The position numbers and the translations under genes were made by a program. The notes beneath the pieces are model-generated. The model was not told the DNA's origin. It saw nothing but the letters and a program-made list of their open reading frames with translations, and ran no database searches. From an uncultured Mycoplasmatota bacterium (GTDB lineage: Bacteria > Bacillota_I > Bacilli_A > RF39 > UBA660): a stretch of DNA of 64,000 nt. The stretch covers positions 37,991 to 101,990 of the forward strand of contig URCH01000003.1 of the NCBI GenBank assembly GCA_900546275.1, given 5' to 3'. How positions within the stretch are numbered: the first letter of the stretch is position 1; each line of letters starts with the position of its first letter. Positions 10,341 through 21,274 of this stretch are shown here, one piece after another.

Positions 10341-10883
10341 TTGAGTTTAAAAAAAATAAAAATAATATCAATTTTTGGTATTTTTGCTTTAAATTTTATT
10401 AGTCATTTTTTATATGAATGGATGCCAAATACCTTATTTTCAATATTTTTTCCTGTAAATGAAAGTATATTCGAACATATGAAAATGATTTCTACTTCAA
10501 TTCTTATATATAGTATTATAGAATATATAATTTTAAAGAAAACAAAAACTAATTATAACAATTATTTATTTAGTATATTTATATCTTGTATAGGAAATAT
10601 TATTATTTTTCTAATTATGTATTTACCTATATATTATAAAATTGGAGAAAAACTTATATTAACTATAATATTGTTATTTATATCAATTGTTATTACAGAA
10701 TTTATTTCATATAAAATTCTATGTACTAAAAAAAACTATACTTGGTTAAATATAGCTTCTTTGTTAATGATTATTATTTTATATATAATTTTTGGATATT
10801 TAACATATAATCCAATAATTTGTCCGTTATTTTTTGATCCATTAAATGAAAAATATGGAATAAATAACTACTTAATTACATAA
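10341..10883 (+). CDS. Hypothetical polytopic membrane protein
   Basis: Five or six predicted hydrophobic helices. No family recognised. Confidence 0.35.
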   Translation: MSLKKIKIISIFGIFALNFISHFLYEWMPNTLFSIFFPVNESIFEHMKMISTSILIYSIIEYIILKKTKTNYNNYLFSIFISCIGNIIIFLIMYLPIYYKIGEKLILTIILLFISIVITEFISYKILCTKKNYTWLNIASLLMIIILYIIFGYLTYNPIICPLFFDPLNEKYGINNYLIT

Positions 10884-11879
10884 TTATTTTACTATCCAAG
10901 CGGTAGGTAAATAACGCAATGTTGAAACATTATTAATAATTTTACCATTTTCATATAAAATAGAAGATCCACCACCATCTAGGTTTGCAGCATTATAAGC
11001 ATTGTAACGTGTAAATATATTTATTAGTTCTTGCATATCAACACCAACACTTGAACTACTTCTACCATCAACTACTAAAAGTAGAACGATACCATCTTTT
11101 CTTTGCGCAATTGCAGTTCTTGGTGCGATACCCCAACCGCCATTACCTTTTACTTCTGCTGGTTTTCCATTTACAATTAAATATGGCCCAAACTCTACTG
11201 CATCACGTATACCTTTACTTATTGCTTCTTCAGGTGTACCACTATAAAGCATCAAAATGTTATCATTAGTAAATCCTATAAAGTTTCCCTTAGAGCCAGT
11301 TGTCCAAATAGCTTTACCATCTTTTATTACATTACCACAAGGTATACTTCCTTTTCCTACACTTCTACCATCCGAAAAACCATTAGCATTTATTCCCAAA
11401 ATAGCGTCATTATTTTTAATTATTTGATCTATTGGTTCTCCACCCCTACCAAAACGCCTGGCAGGAGCTAAAGATATTCTAGAAGGATCATATATTACTG
11501 CCATGTAGCCTTTATAATTACTTCCAGATACTTCTATTATTTTATATAAATCGTTACCTTCATCTTTTTTTAATATTTGTTCTTCATATATTGAATCATA
11601 AGTATCGCTTTCTTTTATATTTCCAACTTCAATTACACTAGCATCAGTAGATTCCCCACTAACCTTAACATAATTTCCTGAAGTTATTTTATTAATAGTT
11701 TTATCATTAAAAAATGTTCTAGCTAAATACTTATGTGATTTAGTTGTCATAGCTGATGTTACCCATAAATCTCTAAAATATGAAAAAGGGCCATACATTA
11801 AGAATAAACATACTATAGCGAAAAAATCTAAAACAATTAATAATATAGTTGTTTTTTTTATCTTTTTTTTAGTTGTCAT
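10884..11879 (-). CDS. Phosphodiester glycosidase family protein (NAGPA/DUF2233-like), membrane-anchored
   Basis: N-terminal TM helix. The C-terminal region with GINANGFSD...NLDGGGSS motifs is typical of phosphodiester glycosidase-like proteins. Confidence 0.55.
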   Translation of the reverse strand: MTTKKKIKKTTILLIVLDFFAIVCLFLMYGPFSYFRDLWVTSAMTTKSHKYLARTFFNDKTINKITSGNYVKVSGESTDASVIEVGNIKESDTYDSIYEEQILKKDEGNDLYKIIEVSGSNYKGYMAVIYDPSRISLAPARRFGRGGEPIDQIIKNNDAILGINANGFSDGRSVGKGSIPCGNVIKDGKAIWTTGSKGNFIGFTNDNILMLYSGTPEEAISKGIRDAVEFGPYLIVNGKPAEVKGNGGWGIAPRTAIAQRKDGIVLLLVVDGRSSSSVGVDMQELINIFTRYNAYNAANLDGGGSSILYENGKIINNVSTLRYLPTAWIVK

Positions 11880-11883
11880 TTTA

Positions 11884-13170
11884 TTACCTCAATTCAAATG
11901 GATAACTTTCATCACCCATACCACCTTTTACTTCTGCTTTATTATCTAAATAAATAACTGGTTTAATACCTGATTCATAACTAATGAAATTATAGAATAA
12001 TGAGTTATTTTCATTTAATACAGGTATTGTATTATCATCAGTAACAGAACTTAATAAATACATATTTATATTTTGTGTTACAAAAATATCACCAACAGTT
12101 AATAATCCAACATAAGCATTAACTTTTTCATTATATAATTCTTCTAAATCATATGTATCAAATTTTCCAATGTAGAAATCTCCCTTTTTCAAATACTTTT
12201 TATCTTTTAAAGTATTATAGAATGTATGATTTAGGTAATAAGCTATTCCTGTACTATCATTTAAATTATAATAATTATATTTTTTAGAATATATTTTTTT
12301 AATTTCTTCATCATTAAGTTTTAATGGAGTAGATAAAACAACTTTAACACTTGTTTCATCTTTTGAAACTACTTTCCAAGTATATCCACTGTAATCAATA
12401 TAACTACCAAGTTCTATCTCACTTAAAGTATCGACTGGTTCATTAGATATGATATATGGAGAGCTTTTAGTACCATTTCCATATATATACTCTATATCAT
12501 TTAATACTATAACAGGTCTAACTCCATATATATGATTATTTGAATCTGTTTTTAAACCACCATTATCAAATACATACCAAGGTTCACTCCCATTTAAAGC
12601 TGAAAGCCAAAAATATGTATTATTATTTAAATAACTATTATTCGCACCTGCATCTATATAATCATTCATTGATAATAATGAAACATAATTTTTACTATTA
12701 TTACAATCAGATTTTTCTATTTTATCTACATTATTAACACAAGAATCAAATTCAGTAATAAATGAGTCAGGTTGCGTTAAATTGGATTTAAAGGTAGAAT
12801 TTAACCATTTAATTACATTCGATTCATCATAATTTTTTCCAAATGGTAAAACTGTAACGTTTTCATCGGAAACCAATTTTATTTTTCCATCATCAACTGA
12901 AACAATTCTCCATAAAATTCCTGAGTATGAAACATAATTATTTTCAACTAAATCTTTTAATATATATTTATTATCATTATATAAATAATTTTCTTTTTTT
13001 AAACTATTAATAATTTTAGTTGAAAGCATTCCATTATCAATTAATGAATTAGCCTTTTGTTCTTTCATATAATTATAAACAAGTCTAAAACTAAAGAATA
13101 TAAATAAAGAACTTAAAAAAATCACACTACAAAATCTAAATATTTTTTCTTTTTTTATTACCCTTTTCAT
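11884..13170 (-). CDS. Membrane-anchored hypothetical surface protein with G[IV][RK]PVI-motif repeats (DUF6273-like)
   Basis: N-terminal TM helix. Internal motifs GVRPVIVL and GIKPVIYL. The same motif also closes the pilin-like protein at 39241-40332. Confidence 0.4.
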   Translation of the reverse strand: MKRVIKKEKIFRFCSVIFLSSLFIFFSFRLVYNYMKEQKANSLIDNGMLSTKIINSLKKENYLYNDNKYILKDLVENNYVSYSGILWRIVSVDDGKIKLVSDENVTVLPFGKNYDESNVIKWLNSTFKSNLTQPDSFITEFDSCVNNVDKIEKSDCNNSKNYVSLLSMNDYIDAGANNSYLNNNTYFWLSALNGSEPWYVFDNGGLKTDSNNHIYGVRPVIVLNDIEYIYGNGTKSSPYIISNEPVDTLSEIELGSYIDYSGYTWKVVSKDETSVKVVLSTPLKLNDEEIKKIYSKKYNYYNLNDSTGIAYYLNHTFYNTLKDKKYLKKGDFYIGKFDTYDLEELYNEKVNAYVGLLTVGDIFVTQNINMYLLSSVTDDNTIPVLNENNSLFYNFISYESGIKPVIYLDNKAEVKGGMGDESYPFELR

Positions 13171-13206
13171 AACTTACTCCTTTAATACAAGTTAAAAAGT
13201 AAAAAA

Positions 13207-14277
13207 CTATTTTTTACTTTTTTTATCTTCTTTCATATCATCTATTATTTCTGAAATATCAGATTTGAAATATTTAACAGTAGTAACTGCAATTATTGAT
13301 AATGGAAGCGCTAAAATAATTCCTACCATACCAAATAATAACCCACCTGCAAATATTGCAAGTATTATCAATAATGGATGAATTTCATTAGATTTTCCAT
13401 ATACAAGTGGACTTATAACATTACCATCAAGAACAGATAATACTGCAACTGCTATTAATGTTTTTATAAAAAGTGCTGGACTAACAACAAAAGCAGTAAC
13501 CAAAGCAATAACATTAGTAAATATTCCTCCAAAATAAGGTACAAGTGATGCTACTGAAGCCATAAATCCTAAAAGTAGTGCATTAGGATGTCCTACTATA
13601 AAGAATGCAAATGAATACAAGAAGAAATTAATTATTAAAATTTTCATAAATCCAATCAAATATTTTTTCATTTGATCATCTAATAATTTAATATATCTAA
13701 ATGCTTTTTTAGATTTTTTCTTAACAATAACTTTAACTTCATTTCTTATTTTATCCATATCAATTAAGAAATATATAGCTGCCGATAAACATACTAAAGC
13801 TGCTGATAAGACACCAAGTGAAACTCCTATAAAGTTAATTGCTCCATTAGATACATAGTTACCAAGATCCGCTAAAATATTTGTAAATGTATCGTTTAAA
13901 GTTTGTTGAATGCTACCGAAATTTAAATCATATGTTGATGAAATTTCTTTAAAAAATGATATTATTCCAGTAAACAAGCTAGATAATTGTCCAAATAATA
14001 ATGGCCCTGCTATTATTATAATAGAAGCTAAAAGTCCAAGGACTACTAAAACAACTATTAATATACTTAACCATTTAGGAAATCCTTTATCTCTTAAAAA
14101 TCTAACACATGGATTAAGTGCATATGCAATTATAAATGCAAAGAAAAATGGTGCTATTATGGTTATTATCTTTGCAAGTATTCCTATCCATAATCCACTT
14201 GTTTGATACATTAAAAATACAATAAGTACAAATAGCGCTACATTAATCAATTTAAAATCAAGTTTATTTTTTATCAT
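13207..14277 (-). CDS. AI-2E family transporter (PerM/YhhT-like)
   Basis: Eight predicted TM helices with the characteristic spacing and conserved G/P pattern of UPF0118/AI-2E permeases. Confidence 0.8.
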   Translation of the reverse strand: MIKNKLDFKLINVALFVLIVFLMYQTSGLWIGILAKIITIIAPFFFAFIIAYALNPCVRFLRDKGFPKWLSILIVVLVVLGLLASIIIIAGPLLFGQLSSLFTGIISFFKEISSTYDLNFGSIQQTLNDTFTNILADLGNYVSNGAINFIGVSLGVLSAALVCLSAAIYFLIDMDKIRNEVKVIVKKKSKKAFRYIKLLDDQMKKYLIGFMKILIINFFLYSFAFFIVGHPNALLLGFMASVASLVPYFGGIFTNVIALVTAFVVSPALFIKTLIAVAVLSVLDGNVISPLVYGKSNEIHPLLIILAIFAGGLLFGMVGIILALPLSIIAVTTVKYFKSDISEIIDDMKEDKKSKK

Positions 14278-14280
14278 ATT

Positions 14281-14718
14281 TTACCTACTTTCTAAAATTA
14301 TTGTAACAGGTCCATCATTAATACTTTCTACTTCCATATCTTCACCAAACACACCTGTTGATACTTGAAGATATTTACTTAATTTTTCATTAAATAAATC
14401 ATAAAGTTTAATTGCTTCATCTGACTTTAATGCATTTACATAACTAGGTCTTCTTCCTTTTTTAGTATCTGCATATAAGGTAAATTGTGAAACAGATAAT
14501 ATTTGTTTGTTTAATTCTAAAGCTGATTTATTCATTACATTATTATTATCATTAAATATTCTTAAATTTATTATTTTATCTACCATATAATCTATATCTT
14601 TTATACTATCTTCATATGTAAAACCCACAAGTACAAGTAATCCTTCGTTTATACTTCCAACTATTTTTTTATTTATTTTTACACTTGCACTTTTACATCT
14701 TGTTACAACTGTTTTCAT
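14281..14718 (-). CDS. dtd: D-aminoacyl-tRNA deacylase
   Basis: Motifs SQFTLYAD and NDGPVTI, ~145 aa. A 4-nt overlap with relA reproduces the relA-dtd operon. Confidence 0.9.
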   Translation of the reverse strand: MKTVVTRCKSASVKINKKIVGSINEGLLVLVGFTYEDSIKDIDYMVDKIINLRIFNDNNNVMNKSALELNKQILSVSQFTLYADTKKGRRPSYVNALKSDEAIKLYDLFNEKLSKYLQVSTGVFGEDMEVESINDGPVTIILESR

Positions 14719-16886
14719 CCAATACTCCTTTGTACATCAACAACATGATTTAAAGTTTTAACTTCATTTATAAATTTAAGTAATTTATCTTTATTATCTA
14801 CTAATATTGTTATACTATAAATTGTTATATCATTATTATTTACTGTTCTTATACTTTTAACAGGTATATTAGATGAATTTGATTTTGAAATTATGTTAAG
14901 TAATATATCTTTATCATTTTTAGTATAAACTAAAATAGTTGCAGGATATTTTTTACTAGTAACTGGATTCCAATATACATTGATTAATCTTTCTTTTAAA
15001 TTAATTACATTTGAACAATTAATTTTATGTACTGAAATTCCTTTTCCTTTAGTAATATATCCAATTATTTTTTCACCAGGCACAGGTTTACAACATGAAG
15101 CAATATTTGTTTTTATGCTTGGAATACCTTCTACATAAATATCAGATGCTCCTACTTTAATATCTTTTATTTTATTATTAGTAGCATCTTTTAATATTTT
15201 TTCATTTTTTGTTTCTGATTCATTATAAATAATGTTATATACAGTTGAAGGTAAAATTTTATTATTAGAAAAATTAATATATAATTCTTTAATATCTTTT
15301 ATTTTTAATTCTTGTTTTATTTTTTTTACATTTTCAGGGCTTAAAAATTCATTAAAGCTGATTTTTCTTTTTCTTAATTCTTTTTGTAATATTTCTTCAC
15401 CTTGTCTAATATTTTCATCTTTATCAAGTTTATTAAAGAAAGCTCTTATTTTATTTCTTGCTTGTGGAGTTTTAACTATATTTAACCATTCATAGTTAGG
15501 TCCCATAGAATTTTTATTAGTATTTATTTTTACAACATCGTCATCTTTTAATTCATAATTAATTGGAACCAACATTTCATTTACAATAGCGCCTACCATA
15601 TGATCTCCAACATCACTATGTACTCTATAGGCAAAATCTATTGGAGTTGCACCTTTTGGAAGTTCTATTACATCTCCTTTAGGTGTGAATACATATATTA
15701 AATCTCTAAAAGAATCTTCTTTTACTGATTCAACAAAGTTTTTATCATCTGTTGCTTCTTCTCTCATTTCCATTATTGTTCTAAAGAATTGTAATTTTTG
15801 TTCCATTTCTTGATGCATATCTGCTTTTATATTACTTCCATGTTCCTTATAAGACCAATGTGATGCAATTCCATTTTCAGCTACTCTATCCATTTCATAT
15901 GTTCTAATTTGTATTTCAAATAAATAACCATCTATCCCAAATACTGTTGTATGAAGTGATTGATACATATTACTTTTTGGCATAGCAATATAATCTTTAA
16001 ATCTTTTAGGAATTGGTCTATATTTTGAATGTATGTATCCAAGAGCTTGGTAACATTCCCCTACTGTATCTACAAAAACTCTTAAAGCAAGTAAATCATA
16101 AATATCATTGAATTTTTTACCTTTATCCATTTTTTTATAAATACTAAATATACTTTTTGCTCTTCCTTTTATTTCATGTTTTATATTATTTTCATCAAGT
16201 ATTTTGCTTATATTATCTTTCATTTCTGATACAATAGCTTCTCTTTCAGCTTTTGTTTTATTTAGTTTTTCTGCTATATCAAAATAAATATCAGGTTTAT
16301 AATATCTAAGTGATAAATCTTCTAGTTCAGATTTAATTTTATTCATTCCAAGTCTATGAGCAATAGGAATTAATATATCTAATGTTTCTTTTGCTTTTTC
16401 TTTTTGCTTTTCCTTAGGTAATACGTAAAGTGTTCTCATATTATGAAGACGATCTGCAAGTTTTACAATAATAACTCTAACATCTTCTGAAAGGCCAACT
16501 AATATTTTTCTATGATTTGCAAGCATAGCTTCAGTAGCACCTTTAAAATTAAGTTTATTTATTTTTGTAACACCTTCCACTAATGACGTAATGTTTTCTC
16601 CAAATTCTTTTACCATTTCTTCTTTTGGAACACCACAATCTTCTAAAACATCGTGAAGAAGTGCAGCACACAAACACTCATAGTCTGCATATATCTCAGT
16701 TAATATTAAAGCTACATTTAATGGGTGAATTATATAATCTTCGCCAGTACGTCTTTTTTGACCAAAGTGTTTTTCATAAGCATATTTATATGCTTTAGTA
16801 ATCATTTTTAATTCTTCTTCATTATCTATATATGAACTTACTGCTTTATATAAAACATCATATGTTATATTGTCATGTTTTTTCAT
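14715..16886 (-). CDS. relA: Bifunctional (p)ppGpp synthetase/hydrolase RelA/SpoT (Rel)
   Basis: HD hydrolase motif (HRLHNMRTL, HD...ED), synthetase domain (YQSLHTTV), TGS and ACT domains. Length 723 aa. Confidence 0.95.
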   Translation of the reverse strand: MKKHDNITYDVLYKAVSSYIDNEEELKMITKAYKYAYEKHFGQKRRTGEDYIIHPLNVALILTEIYADYECLCAALLHDVLEDCGVPKEEMVKEFGENITSLVEGVTKINKLNFKGATEAMLANHRKILVGLSEDVRVIIVKLADRLHNMRTLYVLPKEKQKEKAKETLDILIPIAHRLGMNKIKSELEDLSLRYYKPDIYFDIAEKLNKTKAEREAIVSEMKDNISKILDENNIKHEIKGRAKSIFSIYKKMDKGKKFNDIYDLLALRVFVDTVGECYQALGYIHSKYRPIPKRFKDYIAMPKSNMYQSLHTTVFGIDGYLFEIQIRTYEMDRVAENGIASHWSYKEHGSNIKADMHQEMEQKLQFFRTIMEMREEATDDKNFVESVKEDSFRDLIYVFTPKGDVIELPKGATPIDFAYRVHSDVGDHMVGAIVNEMLVPINYELKDDDVVKINTNKNSMGPNYEWLNIVKTPQARNKIRAFFNKLDKDENIRQGEEILQKELRKRKISFNEFLSPENVKKIKQELKIKDIKELYINFSNNKILPSTVYNIIYNESETKNEKILKDATNNKIKDIKVGASDIYVEGIPSIKTNIASCCKPVPGEKIIGYITKGKGISVHKINCSNVINLKERLINVYWNPVTSKKYPATILVYTKNDKDILLNIISKSNSSNIPVKSIRTVNNNDITIYSITILVDNKDKLLKFINEVKTLNHVVDVQRSIG

Positions 16887-16896
16887 AAAAACTCTC

Positions 16897-17169
16897 CTAC
16901 TCTTCTAAATTTGGAATTCTTACTTCACGAGAAATTCTTTCCTTTACATATTCTTCAATAAAAATATTATCTGTATTTAATATATCTGAAACCATTTGAT
17001 ATAAAGATAAATTTGTTGCTTTAATCCATTTTGTTTCTTTAAAGTAATTCCATATATCTTCTTCTTTTACGTAATATATTCCAAGCCTTTTCATTTCTTC
17101 TCTTTTTGTTGTAAGTGCAGGTTTTACTCTTTCATACAATTCTTGCAAGCTATTAAATTTTATATCCAT
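16897..17169 (-). CDS. Putative post-transcriptional regulator (ComN/YrzD-like, 90 aa)
   Basis: Its size, the conserved EE(D)IW and SDI motifs, and its position upstream of relA (as yrzD lies near apt-relA in Bacillus) suggest the ComN family. This is inferred from remembered similarity only. Confidence 0.4.
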   Translation of the reverse strand: MDIKFNSLQELYERVKPALTTKREEMKRLGIYYVKEEDIWNYFKETKWIKATNLSLYQMVSDILNTDNIFIEEYVKERISREVRIPNLEE

Positions 17170-17247
17170 ATGGTCCTCCTAATAATAAAGTTTTATTATT
17201 TACATATATATTATATATGAAAAGTAAATAATTTTAAAGGAGAAATT

Positions 17248-18543
17248 ATGAAAAAAAGTAAATTTGTCAAATCTACTCTTATATTGATTGTTGGTGGTTT
17301 CATAACAAAAATTTTAGGAATGATTATTAAAATCGTGATGACAAGACTAGTTGGTACAGAAGGTATTGGAATATATATGATTTTATCGCCTACTTTTATG
17401 TTATTAATCGCACTTGCACAACTAGGTCTTCCAATAGCAATTTCAAAACTTGTTTCAGAAGATAAAAGAAATAATAAAGTTTTAGTTGCTTCTGCATTTC
17501 CTATAACTATCGTGGTAAATGTTTTAATTATTATCTTTTTATTTATATTTGGAAAAACACTTGCGAATAATTTACTACATGAACCAAGAGTATATCTAGG
17601 AATTTTATCAATTGGTTTTGTTTTGCCATTTATAAGTATATCTAGTATTATAAGAGGATATTTTTTTGGTAAACAAAAAATGTTTCCTCATGTTATTTCA
17701 AATATTTCAGAAGATATTGTAAGATTAATTGTTTTAATAGTTGGGATTCCTATTTTTTTAAAGTATGGAATTGAAGTAACTATTATGTTTATAGTACTTT
17801 CTAACATAGCAAGTGAACTTACTTCAATAATTATATTTTTCTTCTTTTTACCTAAAAAATTCAAAATTAGAAAAGAAGACATTAAACCTAACAAGGATAA
17901 TTTAAGAGAAATTCTTTCTATTAGTTTACCAACTACAAGTTCTAGAATAATTGGTAGTATTGGTTACTTTTTAGAACCAATTATACTTAGTTTTACACTA
18001 TTATTAGTTGGATACTCAAATGATTTTATAGTAAATGAATATGGAATAATTAATGGTTATGTTATGCCTCTTGTATTAATACCTTCTTTTTTTACAATGG
18101 CTATATCACAAGCACTTATACCAACACTTAGTTATAGTTATTCAAATAAGCAATATGATTATTCAAAAAAGAAAATAAAACAAGCTATTTTATTTTCTTT
18201 AATAATTGGTATTCCATCAACCATTATATTAGTTTTATTTCCATCTTTACTTTTAAAAATCGTTTATAATACAACAAGTGGAGTAAATTATATAAAAGTC
18301 ATTGCTCCTATATGTTTATTTCACTACATACAAGCTCCTTTAAGTAGTAGTTTACAAGCAATTGGAAAAGTAAAACAAGCTATGTATGGAACTTTAATTG
18401 CAATGTTCTTAAGAACTTTAGCTTTATTTGTTTTCTCACTTTTTAAAATAGGAATGTGGAGTCTTATTATAGCTACTTCGATAAATATTTTGTTTGTAAC
18501 TTTTTATGACATGTATAATGTAAAAAAATCTTTTAAATTATAA
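17248..18543 (+). CDS. MOP-superfamily polysaccharide/lipid II flippase (SpoVB/YtgP/MurJ-like)
   Basis: Fourteen TM helices. N-terminal pattern ILIVGGFITKILGMIIKIVMTRLVG typical of SpoVB/MurJ-type polysaccharide biosynthesis proteins. Confidence 0.7.
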   Translation: MKKSKFVKSTLILIVGGFITKILGMIIKIVMTRLVGTEGIGIYMILSPTFMLLIALAQLGLPIAISKLVSEDKRNNKVLVASAFPITIVVNVLIIIFLFIFGKTLANNLLHEPRVYLGILSIGFVLPFISISSIIRGYFFGKQKMFPHVISNISEDIVRLIVLIVGIPIFLKYGIEVTIMFIVLSNIASELTSIIIFFFFLPKKFKIRKEDIKPNKDNLREILSISLPTTSSRIIGSIGYFLEPIILSFTLLLVGYSNDFIVNEYGIINGYVMPLVLIPSFFTMAISQALIPTLSYSYSNKQYDYSKKKIKQAILFSLIIGIPSTIILVLFPSLLLKIVYNTTSGVNYIKVIAPICLFHYIQAPLSSSLQAIGKVKQAMYGTLIAMFLRTLALFVFSLFKIGMWSLIIATSINILFVTFYDMYNVKKSFKL

Positions 18544-19167
18544 AACATCTTGTTTTTTTATTATAAAGGTTTTTTCTTTTGTATAAAATGCATAAAAAAC
18601 ATTATTTAAATCTATATTATTTTTCTCTAATATTAAATTAAGCCATTTTTCATTTTTTTTGATTTCTTTTAAAACACTATAATCTATTTGACCATCTAGT
18701 ATTAGTGGTAATGGATAGTTTTTTTCTTCTTTAAAAACAGATAATTTCCCATTATTTTCTAAAACTGCATAGTTTACATCTTCGATATTCATAATTCCCT
18801 GTTCTCTAAGTTGACTTACTAAATCATCTAAACTATATCTTAATTTTACCATTTCTTTAAAATTAAGTTTTCCATTTTTTATAATAACAGCTGGTTTACC
18901 ATCTAATATGTTTCTAAGTTTACTACTTTTAAGACCAAAAAATCCAAATATTACTTGAACTACTACTAAACAAAGAATTGGTATAACTGATACTAAAATA
19001 GATCCATCATACTCTTCTATAGACAATGCTGCAAGTTCTGCTATTAAGATTGATACAATTAAATCTACAATTCCAAGTTTACCAACTTCTTTTTTACCCA
19101 TTATTCTATATACTAAGATTATAAAAAAATATAAAAACAATGTTTTTGAAATTATTTTTAAATACAT
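18538..19167 (-). CDS. DUF421 (YetF/YrbG-like) membrane protein
   Basis: Three N-terminal TM helices followed by a soluble YetF-type C-terminal domain. Confidence 0.65.
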   Translation of the reverse strand: MYLKIISKTLFLYFFIILVYRIMGKKEVGKLGIVDLIVSILIAELAALSIEEYDGSILVSVIPILCLVVVQVIFGFFGLKSSKLRNILDGKPAVIIKNGKLNFKEMVKLRYSLDDLVSQLREQGIMNIEDVNYAVLENNGKLSVFKEEKNYPLPLILDGQIDYSVLKEIKKNEKWLNLILEKNNIDLNNVFYAFYTKEKTFIIKKQDVL

Positions 19168-19241
19168 GTTATCACCTTTTTTTATTATGATAATAAGAAT
19201 AAAAAAATATTCAATTAATATATTTAATTAGGAGGATATAT

Positions 19242-19613
19242 ATGGAATATATTAAAAAACTTGGAATTTCTTTTATTTTTTCACTATCATTTTTAATTGG
19301 TTTAACTTTTATTTTTTCTTCTCTTTATTATATAAATTTTATAGGTAATGGTTTATTTAAATTTATAAAAATATTAATACCTATTATTTCTATATTTATT
19401 GGTAGTTTTATAATAGGAAAAAAATCTAATTCTAAAGGATGGCTTGAAGGATTAAAATTTGGTTCTATGATAATTTTATTATTGTTCTTAATAAGCATTA
19501 TTTTTTTTAGAAGCGAATTAAGTGCTAAAGTAATATTATATTACTTAATACTTCTTCTTACTTCTAGCCTTTCTTCAATGATAGGTATTAATTTTAAAGC
19601 AGTTGACAAATAG
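19242..19613 (+). CDS. Small four-helix membrane protein (TIGR04086/YrzE-like)
   Basis: 123 aa. Four hydrophobic helices with a KSNSKGWLEGLKFG loop. Confidence 0.45.
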   Translation: MEYIKKLGISFIFSLSFLIGLTFIFSSLYYINFIGNGLFKFIKILIPIISIFIGSFIIGKKSNSKGWLEGLKFGSMIILLLFLISIIFFRSELSAKVILYYLILLLTSSLSSMIGINFKAVDK

Positions 19614-19637
19614 AATTTATATTATATAATAATAAAC

Positions 19638-20387
19638 GTGATTTTTATGAAAGAAGTATATTTTAAAAGAAACGAAATTAAATATTTAATACCAATATTT
19701 GTAGATAAAGGTATAGAACATGATAGATATTTATATACTATTGATGACAAAAATTATGTTATAAATTTATTTAAAGATAATGATATAAATATAATAAAAA
19801 GAAAAGTTTATAAACTAGAAAAATTAAATGAATACAAATTTTCTAAAAATATTATAATTCCTGATGGCATTGTATATATAGACAAAACACCTTCTGGTTT
19901 CACTACAGAACTATTAAAAAAAAGTGTACCTTTTAATGATCATGCTTTTGATAGTACAAAGAATAAAATAAAGTTACTTTTAAAAGCTAAAGAATTGATA
20001 TTAGAATTGAATAATCAAAATATAATTCATTCTGATATTGGTGTACATAATTTTATAGTTAAAAATAACACACCTTATTTATTAGATATGATAAGTTGTG
20101 AATTTGATGAATTTAAAAATACTAATCAAAATGCTTTTTATTCATATTATAAAAAAAGAATTGGTAAAATAGATGAATATTTTGATATATATTCATTTAA
20201 TGCAATGACATATGGATTTTTAAATAAAATTGCCGGATTTAAAATAATTGATAATATAATTGAGGGTAATAATACAATACTTAAAAATAAAGAAATTACT
20301 GAAATGTATTATAATTTATTATTATTCAAAAATAAATACAATGATGATTTTATAATAGATCATATAAAACAAAAAAAGATCAAATGA
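19638..20387 (+). CDS. Hypothetical protein with a protein-kinase-like catalytic loop
   Basis: The motif IIHSDIGVHNFIV matches the HxDxxxxN catalytic loop of kinase-like phosphotransferases (CotS/APH-like). The remainder is unassigned. Confidence 0.3.
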   Translation: MIFMKEVYFKRNEIKYLIPIFVDKGIEHDRYLYTIDDKNYVINLFKDNDINIIKRKVYKLEKLNEYKFSKNIIIPDGIVYIDKTPSGFTTELLKKSVPFNDHAFDSTKNKIKLLLKAKELILELNNQNIIHSDIGVHNFIVKNNTPYLLDMISCEFDEFKNTNQNAFYSYYKKRIGKIDEYFDIYSFNAMTYGFLNKIAGFKIIDNIIEGNNTILKNKEITEMYYNLLLFKNKYNDDFIIDHIKQKKIK

Positions 20388-20393
20388 TCTTTT

Positions 20394-20957
20394 TTATTTT
20401 ACAACACCACTTAAAAGGGTACATTTGTTAGAACTATTAGAGAATGTTCCATTAATATAACTTCCATCTTCACTCGCCCATGTATATTTAGTTGAATAGC
20501 TACTCTTTTCAACTATAACACCATCAACATTTCCTAGATATGTTTTAAATTCATCATATGTAATTCCACTTTTTACTTTATCTTTTAATTCATTATATTT
20601 AGAAAAATCAACATTTTTAATAGCTATTTTACTTTTATCTATATCCAATTTAATTGTTCCTTTTGTGCTTGAATAATAAGCTACTTCAATTCCGACATCT
20701 TCTGATAATTTCCAATAATATTTATTATATTTTTCATCAATTAATTCGCCATTTATACCAATTATATTATTGATTTCTTCTACTGTATTTTCAACATTTA
20801 TTTGTTTAATGCATTCAACTGCTTTACATTTACCTTTTGTTTTTTCTTCTGCTTTATTTTCATTATTATCTGTTTTTTCAACTTCTTTATTACCACATCC
20901 TGTAAATAAACTTAAAGTAAGAACGCTACATATAAAACCAAATATTATTTTTTTCAT
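20394..20957 (-). CDS. Lipoprotein of unknown function
   Basis: Lipobox LSLFTGCGN after a signal peptide, then a K/E-rich linker. It is the last gene of the tgt-led co-directional string. Confidence 0.5.
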   Translation of the reverse strand: MKKIIFGFICSVLTLSLFTGCGNKEVEKTDNNENKAEEKTKGKCKAVECIKQINVENTVEEINNIIGINGELIDEKYNKYYWKLSEDVGIEVAYYSSTKGTIKLDIDKSKIAIKNVDFSKYNELKDKVKSGITYDEFKTYLGNVDGVIVEKSSYSTKYTWASEDGSYINGTFSNSSNKCTLLSGVVK

Positions 20958-20980
20958 TTTTTCTCCTCTTTCTATAAAAA

Positions 20981-21274
20981 CTAAAATAATTCATCAATAG
21001 TTGTTACATCTTCATTTATTAATGAAACAAATACGGGAATATTATAACCTGAAAACATTTTTACTATATCATTAACATTTTTTAAAAACAAATCTTCTTT
21101 ATAAATAATTAGTTGTTTAATATTTTTTATTCCATAAGACTTTAATAATTCAATATTTTTTTTTATCAATTCATAATTACATGATAAATTAAGTGCCGTA
21201 TCATATCCAAGTTCATCAATTATTTCATCAACTTCTTGTTCATTTAAACCAATATTATATAAATCTTTTATCAT
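20981..21274 (-). CDS. Hypothetical 97-aa helical protein (cassette member 3)
   Basis: Overlaps the upstream ORF by 20 nt. Leu-rich ~30-aa helical repeat character. No recognised domain. Confidence 0.4.
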   Translation of the reverse strand: MIKDLYNIGLNEQEVDEIIDELGYDTALNLSCNYELIKKNIELLKSYGIKNIKQLIIYKEDLFLKNVNDIVKMFSGYNIPVFVSLINEDVTTIDELF

